From Candidatus Fimivivens sp. (lineage in GTDB: Bacteria; Bacillota; Clostridia; Oscillospirales; Ruminococcaceae): DNA of 64,000 nucleotides. Shown one piece after another: positions 10,543 through 20,356 of the stretch. The notes under the pieces were generated by a model that saw only the letters and a program-made list of their open reading frames with translations, searched no databases and had not been told where the DNA came from. The first letter of the stretch is position 1; every line of letters starts with the position of its first letter. A program made the position numbers and the translations under genes. The stretch spans positions 100,433 through 164,432 of the forward strand of contig JAYFNI010000002.1 of NCBI GenBank assembly GCA_034933525.1. Reading direction: 5' to 3'.

Positions 10543-10582
10543 ACACAGCCCTCCGGAAGCTGCTGGAGGGCTGTGTTTTTTT
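10543..10582 (+). terminator. Intrinsic terminator
   Basis: acacagccctccgg/ctggagggctgtgt stem followed by T-run; a related hairpin lies at ~10429-10458. Confidence 0.75.
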
Positions 10583-10767
10583 CATTGACACAGGCCGCTT
10601 ATTGTTTTAAAATTTGTTTAATTTTAAATACAAAAACATCTTGATTTCGTCAATATTTGCGAGTATGATACATAGGCTGTAAAGATTATAGCAAGCACCG
10701 TCAAGGAGGGGATTGAGACCATATTTTGATGGGTGGCTCTAAAAAAAGAAAAGGAACCAACTAACAA

Positions 10768-12003
10768 ATGACTATAAAAGAAACATTAAAACGCATCAAT
10801 CCAAGCGGCTGGATCGCAATATTGACCGTTATCCTGCTGGCTGAACTGGCTATAGCAGGTGCGATATATGTCAACTCAAAGCTTGATAAAATCGGATTTG
10901 ACAAAGGAGATGATTTGCCGGCTGACGCATGGAGCCAAAGCCTGGGCAAACTTGATCACATCAATGTATTACTGCTGGGCACCGACGAGCGCGCGCCGGA
11001 TGGCGGCATCGCGGATTTTGGCTCAGAGATGCAAGAAAATGCCCGTGCCGACGCCTGTATGTTGCTGAGCCTTGATCTCAAGGAACATACGGCACATATC
11101 GTCAGTCTTGAACGCGCCATCGGCGTACCGATAGAGGGCGTAGGGGAAGACTGGCTCACCCATGTCTTTACATACGGCGGGGCTGACGCCATGCTCAAAA
11201 CGGTACGGGAGCAATTTGGTGTAGAGGTTTACCGCTATGTGCGTGTCAATGTCGGCGTGGCAGCCGATTTGATTGACGCCATCGGCGGGGTGGATATCAC
11301 ACTGACTGAGACGGAGGCGGCCGCTTTAAACGGCGAGATTTATACCAACTCGGTAACAAAGCACCGCGTTAAGCCGGGGCTTAACCACCTCGACGGCTTT
11401 GACGCCATTGCATACGCCCGCCAGCGTTTTATCGACAGCGACTTTCACCGGGTGCAGCGCCAGCGCAACGTGCTGCAGGCGGCGATTGACCAGACAAAAA
11501 CGCTAAAGCTCAAGGAGCTTGATCACCTTTTGGATGTGGTGCTGCCGATGGTGCAGACTAACTTCACCAAAAGCGATATCGCTGCGCTGATTCCAAAGGC
11601 ACCGGCTTTCCTGGGCGTGAAGCTTAAGCAGATGACGCTGCCGCTTCAAGGCATGTACGGCAAGAAACTGACCGATGACGGCCGCAGCCTGATGATGCTT
11701 GATCAGGAGGAAACCACCCGCATTCTGGATGAGTTTTTCTTTGGCAGCTTCGACCCTGAAAGCTACGTTGCCTCAGACGAGGTGCAGTCACGGGTGTGGA
11801 AGGCGCAGCAGAAGGCAATGGCCGAATGGAATAGCGCGCATCCCGCGCCGCCCGTTGAGAGCGAACCGCCGGAGCAGGTGGAAAGTAATGACACGGAATC
11901 CGACACACAGCAAACCGATAACCAAGAATATGATAATAACGACGGAGAAGAGGACTCTGATCAACAGGGTATTGTTCTCTGGACGCCGGACGATGACCAA
12001 TAG
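10768..12003 (+). CDS. LCP (LytR-CpsA-Psr) family protein with acidic C-terminal tail
   Basis: N-terminal TM, NVLLLGTD, RADACMLL, AYARQR and DFHRVQRQR motifs. Confidence 0.9.
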   Translation: MTIKETLKRINPSGWIAILTVILLAELAIAGAIYVNSKLDKIGFDKGDDLPADAWSQSLGKLDHINVLLLGTDERAPDGGIADFGSEMQENARADACMLLSLDLKEHTAHIVSLERAIGVPIEGVGEDWLTHVFTYGGADAMLKTVREQFGVEVYRYVRVNVGVAADLIDAIGGVDITLTETEAAALNGEIYTNSVTKHRVKPGLNHLDGFDAIAYARQRFIDSDFHRVQRQRNVLQAAIDQTKTLKLKELDHLLDVVLPMVQTNFTKSDIAALIPKAPAFLGVKLKQMTLPLQGMYGKKLTDDGRSLMMLDQEETTRILDEFFFGSFDPESYVASDEVQSRVWKAQQKAMAEWNSAHPAPPVESEPPEQVESNDTESDTQQTDNQEYDNNDGEEDSDQQGIVLWTPDDDQ

Positions 12004-12045
12004 CTCTGTAAAATAAAAAAGTAAAAATATTTTTAGGAAAGCCGG

Positions 12046-12738
12046 ATGATTTTGAACACCGATTGCTTGTATCGCTTAAGCAAAAAAGATCTTCCTCGCG
12101 CTATCCAGATACTATGCAGATGCTTTGAAAAAGACCCGCTGTACCAAAAGCTGATCCCGCAGGATAAGGTTCGCCTGCAAGCGCTACCCGGCCTGTTTGA
12201 TTGCGATGTACACGAGATGTACGACACCTGCGATGTGTTTTCCGATTCCCCCGAGATGAACGGTCTAATTATTTTAGACGATGAGACAGAGAGCTACAAC
12301 CCCCTGCAATTTTACGCTACTGAAGCGTTTTATGCCCTTAAGAGCGATGTGCGCCTGATCAAGGGTGATTTGAGCCTTGGCACACTGATTAACTTTTTCA
12401 CAGGCCGCAAATACCTCAATTCCGAGTGGCTTGAACGGCTGAACACCAAACGAAGGATACACGTCATCTATCTGGCTGTTGACCCCAAGTGCCAGGGCGC
12501 CGGCATTGCACACCGCCTGCTTAGGCCGGTGCTGGACTACGCCGACCAGAAAGGCCTGTTGGTCACGCTTGAAACGCACAACCCCCAAAATTTGAAGTTC
12601 TATACCGACTGCGGCTTTTCGCTGCATGAAATGATGAGAAGTCACTTTGACCTCGTGCAGTATTGCATGGTGCGCGAGCCAAAGTGTGAAACCGTCCACC
12701 AGTTGGTGCGCCAAATGGCAGTATCGGCGCCAGCCTGA
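12046..12738 (+). CDS. GNAT family N-acetyltransferase
   Basis: LAVDPKCQGAGIA (Q/RxxGxA motif), LET...N..FY...GF. Confidence 0.85.
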   Translation: MILNTDCLYRLSKKDLPRAIQILCRCFEKDPLYQKLIPQDKVRLQALPGLFDCDVHEMYDTCDVFSDSPEMNGLIILDDETESYNPLQFYATEAFYALKSDVRLIKGDLSLGTLINFFTGRKYLNSEWLERLNTKRRIHVIYLAVDPKCQGAGIAHRLLRPVLDYADQKGLLVTLETHNPQNLKFYTDCGFSLHEMMRSHFDLVQYCMVREPKCETVHQLVRQMAVSAPA

Positions 12739-12759
12739 CGGAATCAAGGCTCTAACACA

Positions 12760-12791
12760 AAAGGGAATCGGAGAAATCCGGTTCCCTTTTG
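12760..12791. terminator. Terminator between convergent GNAT and sleC
   Basis: aaagggaa.cgga/tccg.ttcccttt stem. Confidence 0.6.
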
Positions 12792-12838
12792 CGTTGTTAT
12801 CAGGCAAGCGCAGCAAACAGGGCATGCGTGCCCTTGGT

Positions 12839-14092
12839 CTAAAACTGATAGCCCTCAGCCATTTTGTTCACGCTGACATAGACATTAGAAATTTCGTACC
12901 AAGTGGAAAAATCGACCGAGCCGGTGACCGGCAGATGAAATACCTCCTGAAACTGTCTGACCGATTCAGCGGTGTTATTGCCGTAATCGCCGTCCACCCG
13001 AACTTTGGGTATTTTTGGGAAATGGGTGGAGATGCTGTTGAGCTGTTCCTGAATGGTGCGAACGTTCTGACCGGAAGAGCCGACTTGAAGCACAACACCC
13101 GGGAAGGATACCGGAACGCCCTCCACTTTATCGGCTTGGGATAGATAGACGTCGGCCCCGTAGTAGTGGCGTAGAATTGATAAAGCGTCATAGCCCTGTG
13201 TGCCTAGATCCTTAGAGCCCCATTGTTCCAAAACTTTGGGGCACTTAATCCGCGAACCGTCGCAAAACTGGGCGAAAAGCGGCTGGCGAATGCCCGGTTT
13301 TGTTATGTAGGTCGTAAAAATTTCATCAACAATGACCGAGATATTTTCAAAAATATTGCGCCCGTACGTAAACGCCTGATCAAAGGCCGTGGAGTTGGTT
13401 ATGGTGAAATCATAGCCTTTGCCGCGGTACCATTCGGTATAAACACGGTTTAAGACAAACGACAGAATGGCCAGCACGTTGGCGCGTATGGTCTGTTTGG
13501 GCCATGTGGAATAGATCTCGGAGCTTGCGACGTTTTTAATATAATCCTTAAAGGCAATCCAGACGTTTTCTGCTTGTGCAGCGGGCTTGCCCAGATGGAC
13601 GATGACAAATTCCGGCACAACCGGCTCAGGCAGCACGACAAAGCCCTGCTTTTGGGGAAGAGGCTTGACCGCGGCCTCGGGAATTTTGGGCGGAAATACA
13701 CCCCAAAGCGTGTGCTGGGCGATGTTGATAGTGCTGGGTACTGCCTCACTGGTGACGCGGGGTGTTATGGCGACACCCTGAAGAGCGGTAACATCGGGCA
13801 AAATTTGCACACCATTGATGGTGATTCCTTCAAAATCAGGCGCTTCAACCCGTACATCATATTCGGTATAGGGTTTAGGGTTCATCGGTTCCAACGAGTA
13901 ATCCAGTGGCGGGGCAGGCAGCTCTATTTTTGGCACCTGGCCCGAGGAGTTTGTTTTCATTTCTTCAATAACGCGGTTGGTTCCCGGTTCAATAATTCTG
14001 ACAGTGGCGCTGTCCACAGGGAAGTTCGTGGCAATGGTATTGACGTTAACAGCCAGACCGCCCAAGCTGGACGAGGCATTGTTTGGACTCAT
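12839..14092 (-). CDS. sleC: Spore cortex-lytic enzyme SleC-like (SpoIID-like catalytic + PG-binding domain)
   Basis: YIKNVASSEIYSTWP, NRVYTEWYRGKGYDFTIT, C-terminal PG_binding_1 (VDGDYG..T..SVRQFQ..F.LPVTG.VD..TW). Confidence 0.85.
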   Translation of the reverse strand: MSPNNASSSLGGLAVNVNTIATNFPVDSATVRIIEPGTNRVIEEMKTNSSGQVPKIELPAPPLDYSLEPMNPKPYTEYDVRVEAPDFEGITINGVQILPDVTALQGVAITPRVTSEAVPSTINIAQHTLWGVFPPKIPEAAVKPLPQKQGFVVLPEPVVPEFVIVHLGKPAAQAENVWIAFKDYIKNVASSEIYSTWPKQTIRANVLAILSFVLNRVYTEWYRGKGYDFTITNSTAFDQAFTYGRNIFENISVIVDEIFTTYITKPGIRQPLFAQFCDGSRIKCPKVLEQWGSKDLGTQGYDALSILRHYYGADVYLSQADKVEGVPVSFPGVVLQVGSSGQNVRTIQEQLNSISTHFPKIPKVRVDGDYGNNTAESVRQFQEVFHLPVTGSVDFSTWYEISNVYVSVNKMAEGYQF

Positions 14093-14115
14093 ATTTTCTC
14101 CACCTCCATAATATG

Positions 14116-14159
14116 ATTATATGCAGAGATTTTATATTAGAATACCTGCGGCATAAGTT
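14116..14159. promoter_or_regulatory. Possible divergent sporulation-sigma (E/K) -10 elements
   Basis: CATATAAT on the minus strand (14116-14123) before sleC and CATAAGTTA on plus (14151-14159) before csp; -35 elements not confidently identified. Confidence 0.3.
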
Positions 14160-14185
14160 AATAAAGCCGCTTAGGAGGTGGATTT

Positions 14186-15907
14186 TTGGAACGCCGGCTC
14201 ATCCCGTTAGAGCCCAATGTCCGGTTTGCAACCGAACTGTTGTCTGAAGGTAACACGGAGGTTATCATAAAATTCCATGGTGACCTTCAGGAGATTGCAC
14301 GTCAGCTCGACGGCATCTCTGAACAACTCAATGAGAATTATGCAATATTGACCATACCGCTAAATTCATTTTCCAAACTGTTTACCGTGCCGGGGATAGA
14401 GTACTTTGAAATGCCAAAATCGATGGCCTATATGTTGCAGCGAAGCATGGAAAAATCGTGTGTTCCGTCTGTTCATAGAGACAGAAACTTCGGCCTGCGT
14501 GGAAAAGGTGTTTTGGTTGCCATCGTTGATTCGGGCATCGACTATACGCACCCCGATTTTCGCAACGAAGATGGCAGCAGCCGTATCCTATATTTGTGGG
14601 ATCAGTCGCTGGAGGGCACGCCACCGCCCGGTTTTGGTGGGGGACGGCTGTTTACCAAAGAGGAGCTGGATGCTGCGCTGCAAGCCCCCGACCCGTACGC
14701 CGTGGTACCTTCTCGCGACTTAATCGGGCATGGCACGGCCGTTGCCGGTGTGGCTGCCGGAAACGGGCGTTCAAGTAACGGGCAGGAGGTGGGTGTAGCG
14801 CCGGAGTGCGAGCTTATTGTCGTCAAGCTGGAACGGTCGGACGCAATTGGCTTCGCTTTGAGCACCGCAATTATGCGCGGAGTAAAATTTGCGCAGGATG
14901 TTGCGCAGTCACTTGAAAAGCCAATTGCAATCAACATTAGCAACGGCACCAACGACGGCGCGCACGATGGGAATTCTTTGTTCGAACAATACCTCAACTC
15001 GGTTTCAGAGCGCTGGAAAAGTGTCATATGTGTCGCGACCGGAAACGAAGGGTCTTCCGGGCACCATTTCTACGGCGTGGCTGCCGAAAAACGAACCAAT
15101 TATGCCGAGATGGTTGTCGGAGAAAACGTTCGCAGCCTTTACATTACGCTGTGGAAAAATTTTGCAGATACCATTGGATATGAGTTAATTGCACCGTCCG
15201 GGCAAAGCACCGGCAACATCGCCGCCACGCAAAGCGTCACAATCACAGCGCTCGACCGCGTTCAGGTGTCGGTACTCTACGGTCAGCCAAACCACTATTC
15301 AACCAGTCAGGAGGTGTATTTTTCACTCAACGCAATTGGTGAAGCCATTCCTCAGGGTTTGTGGCGTCTGGCCTACACCGGGCAGAGTGTGGTTGATGGT
15401 CGGTTTGACATCTGGCTGCCAATGACTGATGCTGTTACCCGTCAGACCGCTTTCTTAGTGCCGAATATACAAAACACCATCACAATTCCGGCTACGGCTT
15501 ACAAGGTTCTTTCGGTGGGTGCCTATAACTCGTTACTTAACACCAGTGTCGATTTTTCGGGCCGTGGAATGCCTTATGGTCGATACGGTCAAAAGCCCGA
15601 CCTAGTGGCGCCGGGGGTTAATATTTTAACCACCAAGACGGGCGGCGGCTACGACCGGTTCACCGGCACCAGTATTGCAACGCCGTTTGTAACCGGCTCG
15701 GCGGCGCTAATGCTTGAATGGGGTAACGTAAAGGGTAATGATCCATTTTTATATGGGGAGCGTATCAAAGCGTTTTTGTGCCGCAGCGCCGCGAGAAGCT
15801 TTCCGCGCGCCTACCCCAATCCCGAGTGGGGCTATGGTGCGCTTAACCTCTGCGACACAATGGATGAGTTGGTGATTTTTAACCAGAGGGGAGGCGCATT
15901 CCGATAA
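14186..15907 (+). CDS. Csp-type subtilisin-like S8 serine protease
   Basis: Triad motifs IVDSGID, HGTAVAG, GTSIATP; clostridial Csp architecture; adjacent to sleC. Confidence 0.88.
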   Translation: MERRLIPLEPNVRFATELLSEGNTEVIIKFHGDLQEIARQLDGISEQLNENYAILTIPLNSFSKLFTVPGIEYFEMPKSMAYMLQRSMEKSCVPSVHRDRNFGLRGKGVLVAIVDSGIDYTHPDFRNEDGSSRILYLWDQSLEGTPPPGFGGGRLFTKEELDAALQAPDPYAVVPSRDLIGHGTAVAGVAAGNGRSSNGQEVGVAPECELIVVKLERSDAIGFALSTAIMRGVKFAQDVAQSLEKPIAINISNGTNDGAHDGNSLFEQYLNSVSERWKSVICVATGNEGSSGHHFYGVAAEKRTNYAEMVVGENVRSLYITLWKNFADTIGYELIAPSGQSTGNIAATQSVTITALDRVQVSVLYGQPNHYSTSQEVYFSLNAIGEAIPQGLWRLAYTGQSVVDGRFDIWLPMTDAVTRQTAFLVPNIQNTITIPATAYKVLSVGAYNSLLNTSVDFSGRGMPYGRYGQKPDLVAPGVNILTTKTGGGYDRFTGTSIATPFVTGSAALMLEWGNVKGNDPFLYGERIKAFLCRSAARSFPRAYPNPEWGYGALNLCDTMDELVIFNQRGGAFR

Positions 15908-15918
15908 CGAACGAAGAA

Positions 15919-17610
15919 TTGCTCCAGCAGCTGCTGTACGACCCAGAAACCGTAGATTTTGTCTTGCGGAAAAATACTGACATGGAGAAGCGTTTGATGG
16001 ACACCGGGAAGGTGGCCATGGCATATACCCTTGCAGGCAGGTACACTTTTTATTACACAAACCAAAACAATTGGGATGAAGTTACTTCGATTCTGGGCAG
16101 TAATTTTGTTGCCTCAGCCTCGCTGGTGCTGGGTCTATTAGACCGCGCAAGCCTTGAAACCAGCGGGATTCTTCAGGTGCATCGTCAGCCATATCTTGAT
16201 CTGCTTGGGCGTGGCGTTGTTGTTGGCATTATTGACACCGGCATAGACTACACCCTTGATACGTTTCGCTACGAAGATGGCAGCACCAAAATTCATTATA
16301 TCTACGACCAGACCATTCGGGGCAATGCGCCGGAACCTGGCTGGATCGGGTCCGAATTTACCGAGGAGCAGATTAACGAAGCACTCAAATCGCCCAATCC
16401 TCGCGAGATTGTTCCGCATGAAGATTCAGTCGGTCATGGCACTTTTCTGGCTTCAGTCGCCGCAGGGCGGCCGGTTGGCGATTTTATCGGCGCCGCGCCA
16501 GATGCGGGCATTATCGCCGTTAAGCTGCGCAAGGCAAGGCAGCATTATCTTGACCGATATCTCGTGCCAAAAAACCAGGAAAATGCGTTTGAATCCAGCG
16601 CGGTGATGCTGGGTGTTGAGTATATTCTCATGAAATCAAGAGATCTCAACAAACCCGCTGTTATCTGCATCGGTCTGGGCAGCAATTTTGGCAGCCACGA
16701 CGGCTACAGCATTTTTGCGGAATATTTAAGCGGCGTTTCAAATCTTAAAGGCGTATGTCTTTGCGTTGCAGCAGGTAATGAAAGTCAGGCGCGGCACCAT
16801 ACGCAGGGTGTTATCACCGCTAAGGGCGATACCCAGAATATCGACCTAATAGTCGGCGAACCGGGGGCAGACGTTTACATCTCCATCTGGAACAATGCTT
16901 CAGACAGAGTTTCAGTCTCGGTTTCCTCGCCCTCCGGAGAGATGGTTGGGCGCGTTCCTGCCAAGCCGGGCACCATGCGCTACACCAACCTTGTTATGGA
17001 GCCCACAACCATCAACATCAACTACTTTTTCCCCTTGGAGGGTACCGGTGCGCAAATGACAGTCGTGCGGCTCATCAGGGCATCTCCGGGAATATGGACT
17101 ATTACGCTGCACGGGGATATTATTTTAGACGGCACTTTTCACGCCTGGCTGCCAATGACCGGGTTCATTGACCCGGGTGTAGAGTTTTTATCTACGTCGC
17201 CCTATTACACCATCACGGTACCGGGCGTTATGATTGGGTCAATTTGCTGCGGCGCCTATGATGCACAGCAAGAGAGCCTATATTCCAGAACCTCGTGGGG
17301 GCCCACCAGAATTGAGCAGCTGGCACCCGATCTGGTCTCGCCGGGCGTCAATATCGGTGGATTTTATCCAAGTGGTTATGGGCGGATGAGTGGCACCAGC
17401 GCTGCTACCGCTATTTTAGCGGGAGCCTGTGCGTTGATGATGCAATGGGGTGTGGTGCAGGGCAATGACAGAGCGCTCAGCACCTTTCAGATACGCGCTT
17501 ATCTCATCCGGGGCTGTACACGCAGCGAGGGGACGCAGTATCCTAATCCGCAATGGGGCTATGGTGTGCTTGATTTGATGCAAACCTTTCAGCTCATGCG
17601 TGAGCTATGA
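15919..17610 (+). CDS. Second Csp-type S8 serine protease
   Basis: Triad motifs IIDTGID, HGTFLAS, GTSAAT; paralogous to the upstream gene. Confidence 0.88.
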   Translation: MLQQLLYDPETVDFVLRKNTDMEKRLMDTGKVAMAYTLAGRYTFYYTNQNNWDEVTSILGSNFVASASLVLGLLDRASLETSGILQVHRQPYLDLLGRGVVVGIIDTGIDYTLDTFRYEDGSTKIHYIYDQTIRGNAPEPGWIGSEFTEEQINEALKSPNPREIVPHEDSVGHGTFLASVAAGRPVGDFIGAAPDAGIIAVKLRKARQHYLDRYLVPKNQENAFESSAVMLGVEYILMKSRDLNKPAVICIGLGSNFGSHDGYSIFAEYLSGVSNLKGVCLCVAAGNESQARHHTQGVITAKGDTQNIDLIVGEPGADVYISIWNNASDRVSVSVSSPSGEMVGRVPAKPGTMRYTNLVMEPTTININYFFPLEGTGAQMTVVRLIRASPGIWTITLHGDIILDGTFHAWLPMTGFIDPGVEFLSTSPYYTITVPGVMIGSICCGAYDAQQESLYSRTSWGPTRIEQLAPDLVSPGVNIGGFYPSGYGRMSGTSAATAILAGACALMMQWGVVQGNDRALSTFQIRAYLIRGCTRSEGTQYPNPQWGYGVLDLMQTFQLMREL

Positions 17611-17652
17611 GTATTTTTGCGGTACTTAAAAAACTAAAAAAGCATATTGCTA

Positions 17653-17685
17653 AAACACCCCGACCGTCCACAGGTCGGGGTGTTT
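17653..17685. terminator. Intrinsic terminator
   Basis: Perfect 13-bp stem aaacaccccgacc/ggtcggggtgttt. Confidence 0.8.
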
Positions 17686-17924
17686 AGAGACTGTCACAAA
17701 AGTAGATTTTGCTTAGATAAGCATCGGGGGAATAGTGTGAAAGGACGGCGATGAGTCGCAGCGGGCATTCATGCCGCCTGCTGCGATTAGTGAAGCCGTC
17801 GAGCCGGTAACCGGTCTGGCGGTGAGTCCCCCACTTTCGCGTTGAAGCGCACTAAGTGTGCTGGATTGCTCGCCCGCAGGCGACAAAACGAGCCAGATTG
17901 CCCGTTTTAGTTTATAGCAATCCG
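17686..17924. repeat. Highly structured intergenic element (REP/MITE-like or ncRNA)
   Basis: Nested complementary arms 17726-31/17827-32, 17744-49/17795-800, 17756-62/17780-86, plus small hairpins. Confidence 0.4.
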
Positions 17925-18500
17925 TTAGACAAGGCGCAGAACCTGCGCGCCGAGCTTTTGGGTGACTGCCTCATCGTGGCTGACCATCAGCACAATTTTT
18001 TCGGCGGCATAGTGTGCGATTAGCGGAAGCAGACTGTCGCGTGTGGTGTCGTCCAGTCCGGTAAAGGGTTCGTCTAAAAACAGCAGGTCAAATTCGGCTA
18101 ACAGCGCGCGGATAAGCGCTACGCGACGCTGCATCCCGCCGCTTAGATTGCGCACTGGCAGATGCAGGCTGCCGCCAAGACCAGCCTCTATCAGCGCCTG
18201 TTCCATTTCCGCCTTTGTTCGCTGCGGGCAGACAAACCGCAGGTTTGAGACGGCGCTCATGTTTTCGCACAGGCGGTTTTCCTGAAAAAGGACGCTCTTT
18301 TTAGGGGCCACAATATCACAGTACACCCCGCCACCCTCATCGGGGGTTACCAGCCCCATCAGCGTGCGCAGCAGCGTAGTTTTTCCGCAGCCGGAAGGTC
18401 CCAAAATACAAGTGATGCCGACACCAAAGCAGTGGGAAAAGTTATCAAGAACTGTATGTTCACCAAAGCGAACGGTCAGTGAATCGGCGGTGAGCATCAT
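17925..18500 (-). CDS. ABC transporter ATP-binding protein (nitrate/sulfonate type)
   Basis: Walker A GPSGCGKT, signature LSGGM, Walker B LFLDEP; start re-set to ATG at 18500. Confidence 0.9.
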   Translation of the reverse strand: MMLTADSLTVRFGEHTVLDNFSHCFGVGITCILGPSGCGKTTLLRTLMGLVTPDEGGGVYCDIVAPKKSVLFQENRLCENMSAVSNLRFVCPQRTKAEMEQALIEAGLGGSLHLPVRNLSGGMQRRVALIRALLAEFDLLFLDEPFTGLDDTTRDSLLPLIAHYAAEKIVLMVSHDEAVTQKLGAQVLRLV

Positions 18501-18505
18501 GGGCG

Positions 18506-19282
18506 TCACATCCTTTCTACGCGCCGGACGAGTGTATCGAGCACCGACAAAAACACCCAGCCAAACAACATACTCAACAGCACGATGACCACCGTCCACG
18601 CAAACAGGTCGGGGGTATCTAGGTAAATTTTAGCCTGATAAAGCCGCTCGCCAATAGACCCCCTCGGAATGCCGATAACCTCGGCGGCGATGCCGGATTT
18701 CCAGCACAACCCGATTGACACTGCACAGGCCGAGCGCAGGTAGGGCAGCAGCTGTGATAGGTACAGATAGCGCACTCGCCGGGCTGTTGGAACGCCAAAA
18801 ACATCAGCTAATTCCAGCATGGCGGGGTCGGTCGCATACAGCCCCTCGCACAGGTTGACATAGATAATCGGCAGCGCCATCATAAATGAAATAGCAACCG
18901 AGAGGCTGTGCGACGGCACCCAGATGAGCAGCAGGATGATAAATGACGCGACGGGCGAAGCCTTAACCACCGCCATGAGCGGAGAAAGCAACGTGCGCAA
19001 CAGTTCAAACCGCGCTGATACCGCCGCCAGCAGCGCGCCAACGATCAACGCGGCAAAAAAACCGGCGGCGATTCTGATAAACGAGAAAGTGACAGTGCGC
19101 CAAAACGTGGGTTCCAACACTAATACAACCAGACGTTTAACCACCGTGACGGGTGAAGCCAGCAGCAGCGCCTGAGAAAGCGCCATGCTGCCCAACTGCC
19201 ACAACAGCAGCCAAAACAGCACCGCCACTGCTTTTAAAAGTCCTTTTTGAAAAGGACTAGCCGACAAAGTAGAAGTTTTCAT
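18506..19282 (-). CDS. ABC transporter permease (TauC/SsuC-like)
   Basis: Six TM segments, EAA-like loop; start re-set to ATG at 19282. Confidence 0.88.
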   Translation of the reverse strand: MKTSTLSASPFQKGLLKAVAVLFWLLLWQLGSMALSQALLLASPVTVVKRLVVLVLEPTFWRTVTFSFIRIAAGFFAALIVGALLAAVSARFELLRTLLSPLMAVVKASPVASFIILLLIWVPSHSLSVAISFMMALPIIYVNLCEGLYATDPAMLELADVFGVPTARRVRYLYLSQLLPYLRSACAVSIGLCWKSGIAAEVIGIPRGSIGERLYQAKIYLDTPDLFAWTVVIVLLSMLFGWVFLSVLDTLVRRVERM

Positions 19283-20270
19283 CGGGCAGAGCCCCTCCCA
19301 CGGCCTTGGGGTTTTGTTCAAAGAGGATGGCGAGGTAGCCGCTTAAGCGCTCGCGCATTTCCTCCCCCGCAATAAAGGTGATGTTGCACTGGGGAATGGC
19401 CTTTTGCGCAATGGCAGCCGATACAATTTCGTTTTTCGCTACAAGGTCGGACGCAGCCTCAATATTATTGGGGTCGGTGACATAATCGACCGAGGCTTTA
19501 TAGGCGGTGAGAAAATCGGCGACCGCCTGCGGGTTGGCTTTGATAAAATCAGTTCGGGCGACCACAACACCGGTGATCAGCGACGAGGGCTTCTCCTGCG
19601 CGAGCGCCCACTCGCGGTTGAGGTCGATAGCCACACGAATTTCCTTGTTTTTCATTTGAGCCGCAGTGACAAAGGGCTGCGGCAGCATGGCAATCGCGTT
19701 GTCTTTTACATCCAGCACAGCCGCGCACTCAGCGTGTTCAGCTTTATACTCGATGGTGACATCTTTTTCGGGGTCAAGGCCGTTTTGCTCCAGCATAAAA
19801 TTTAGCGCATATTCGGGCGTGGCACCCTTGCCAGCCGACAAAATGGTTTTGCCGCGCAGATCCTCAACGGTGTGAATATCATTGCCGTTTTCGACGATGT
19901 AAAGCACACCGAGCGTATTGATCGCCAGCACTTGCACCTGCCCTTTGGTGTTGTTGTAAAGAACCGAGGCAAGGTTGGCGGGTACGGCGGCAATCTGAAC
20001 GTCGCCCTTCACCAGTTTAGGGGTGATTTCATCCACCGCGCCTGCAATGGTAAAGGCGTAGCGGTTTTGGCTTGCGTCGTCTTCCATCAGCTTGACCAGA
20101 CCCATGGCGGTGGGACCCTTGAGTGCGGCAACCTCAATTGCGTTGGCCGTTTGGGCCTGAGAGGAAGGAACAGGCGCGGACGACGATGCAGCGGATGAGG
20201 AAGAGGCGGGGCTGGCGCAGCCGCAAAATGAGAGGGCTAGCACCAGCGCTAAACTAATCAGTTTTTTCAT
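19257..20270 (-). CDS. ABC transporter substrate-binding lipoprotein (TauA/SsuA-like)
   Basis: Lipobox FCGC, Ser-rich linker, KGPTAMG; start ATG at 20270 after GAAAGGAA. Confidence 0.88.
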   Translation of the reverse strand: MKKLISLALVLALSFCGCASPASSSSAASSSAPVPSSQAQTANAIEVAALKGPTAMGLVKLMEDDASQNRYAFTIAGAVDEITPKLVKGDVQIAAVPANLASVLYNNTKGQVQVLAINTLGVLYIVENGNDIHTVEDLRGKTILSAGKGATPEYALNFMLEQNGLDPEKDVTIEYKAEHAECAAVLDVKDNAIAMLPQPFVTAAQMKNKEIRVAIDLNREWALAQEKPSSLITGVVVARTDFIKANPQAVADFLTAYKASVDYVTDPNNIEAASDLVAKNEIVSAAIAQKAIPQCNITFIAGEEMRERLSGYLAILFEQNPKAVGGALPDENFYFVG

Positions 20271-20356
20271 TATAATGTTTCCTTTCATTAATACGATGGA
20301 TGGTAAACTTACCGCCTAACACGGCTTGTGATTAAAGACCCAAGCAAGGGCGTTGC

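Noticed and set aside
14186-17610. CspC/CspA pseudoprotease germinant receptor
   Set aside because: Both proteins keep the D, H and S catalytic motifs.
20289-20356. Riboswitch ahead of the ABC transporter
   Set aside because: Only ~70-85 nt of spacer, with no recognisable aptamer motifs.
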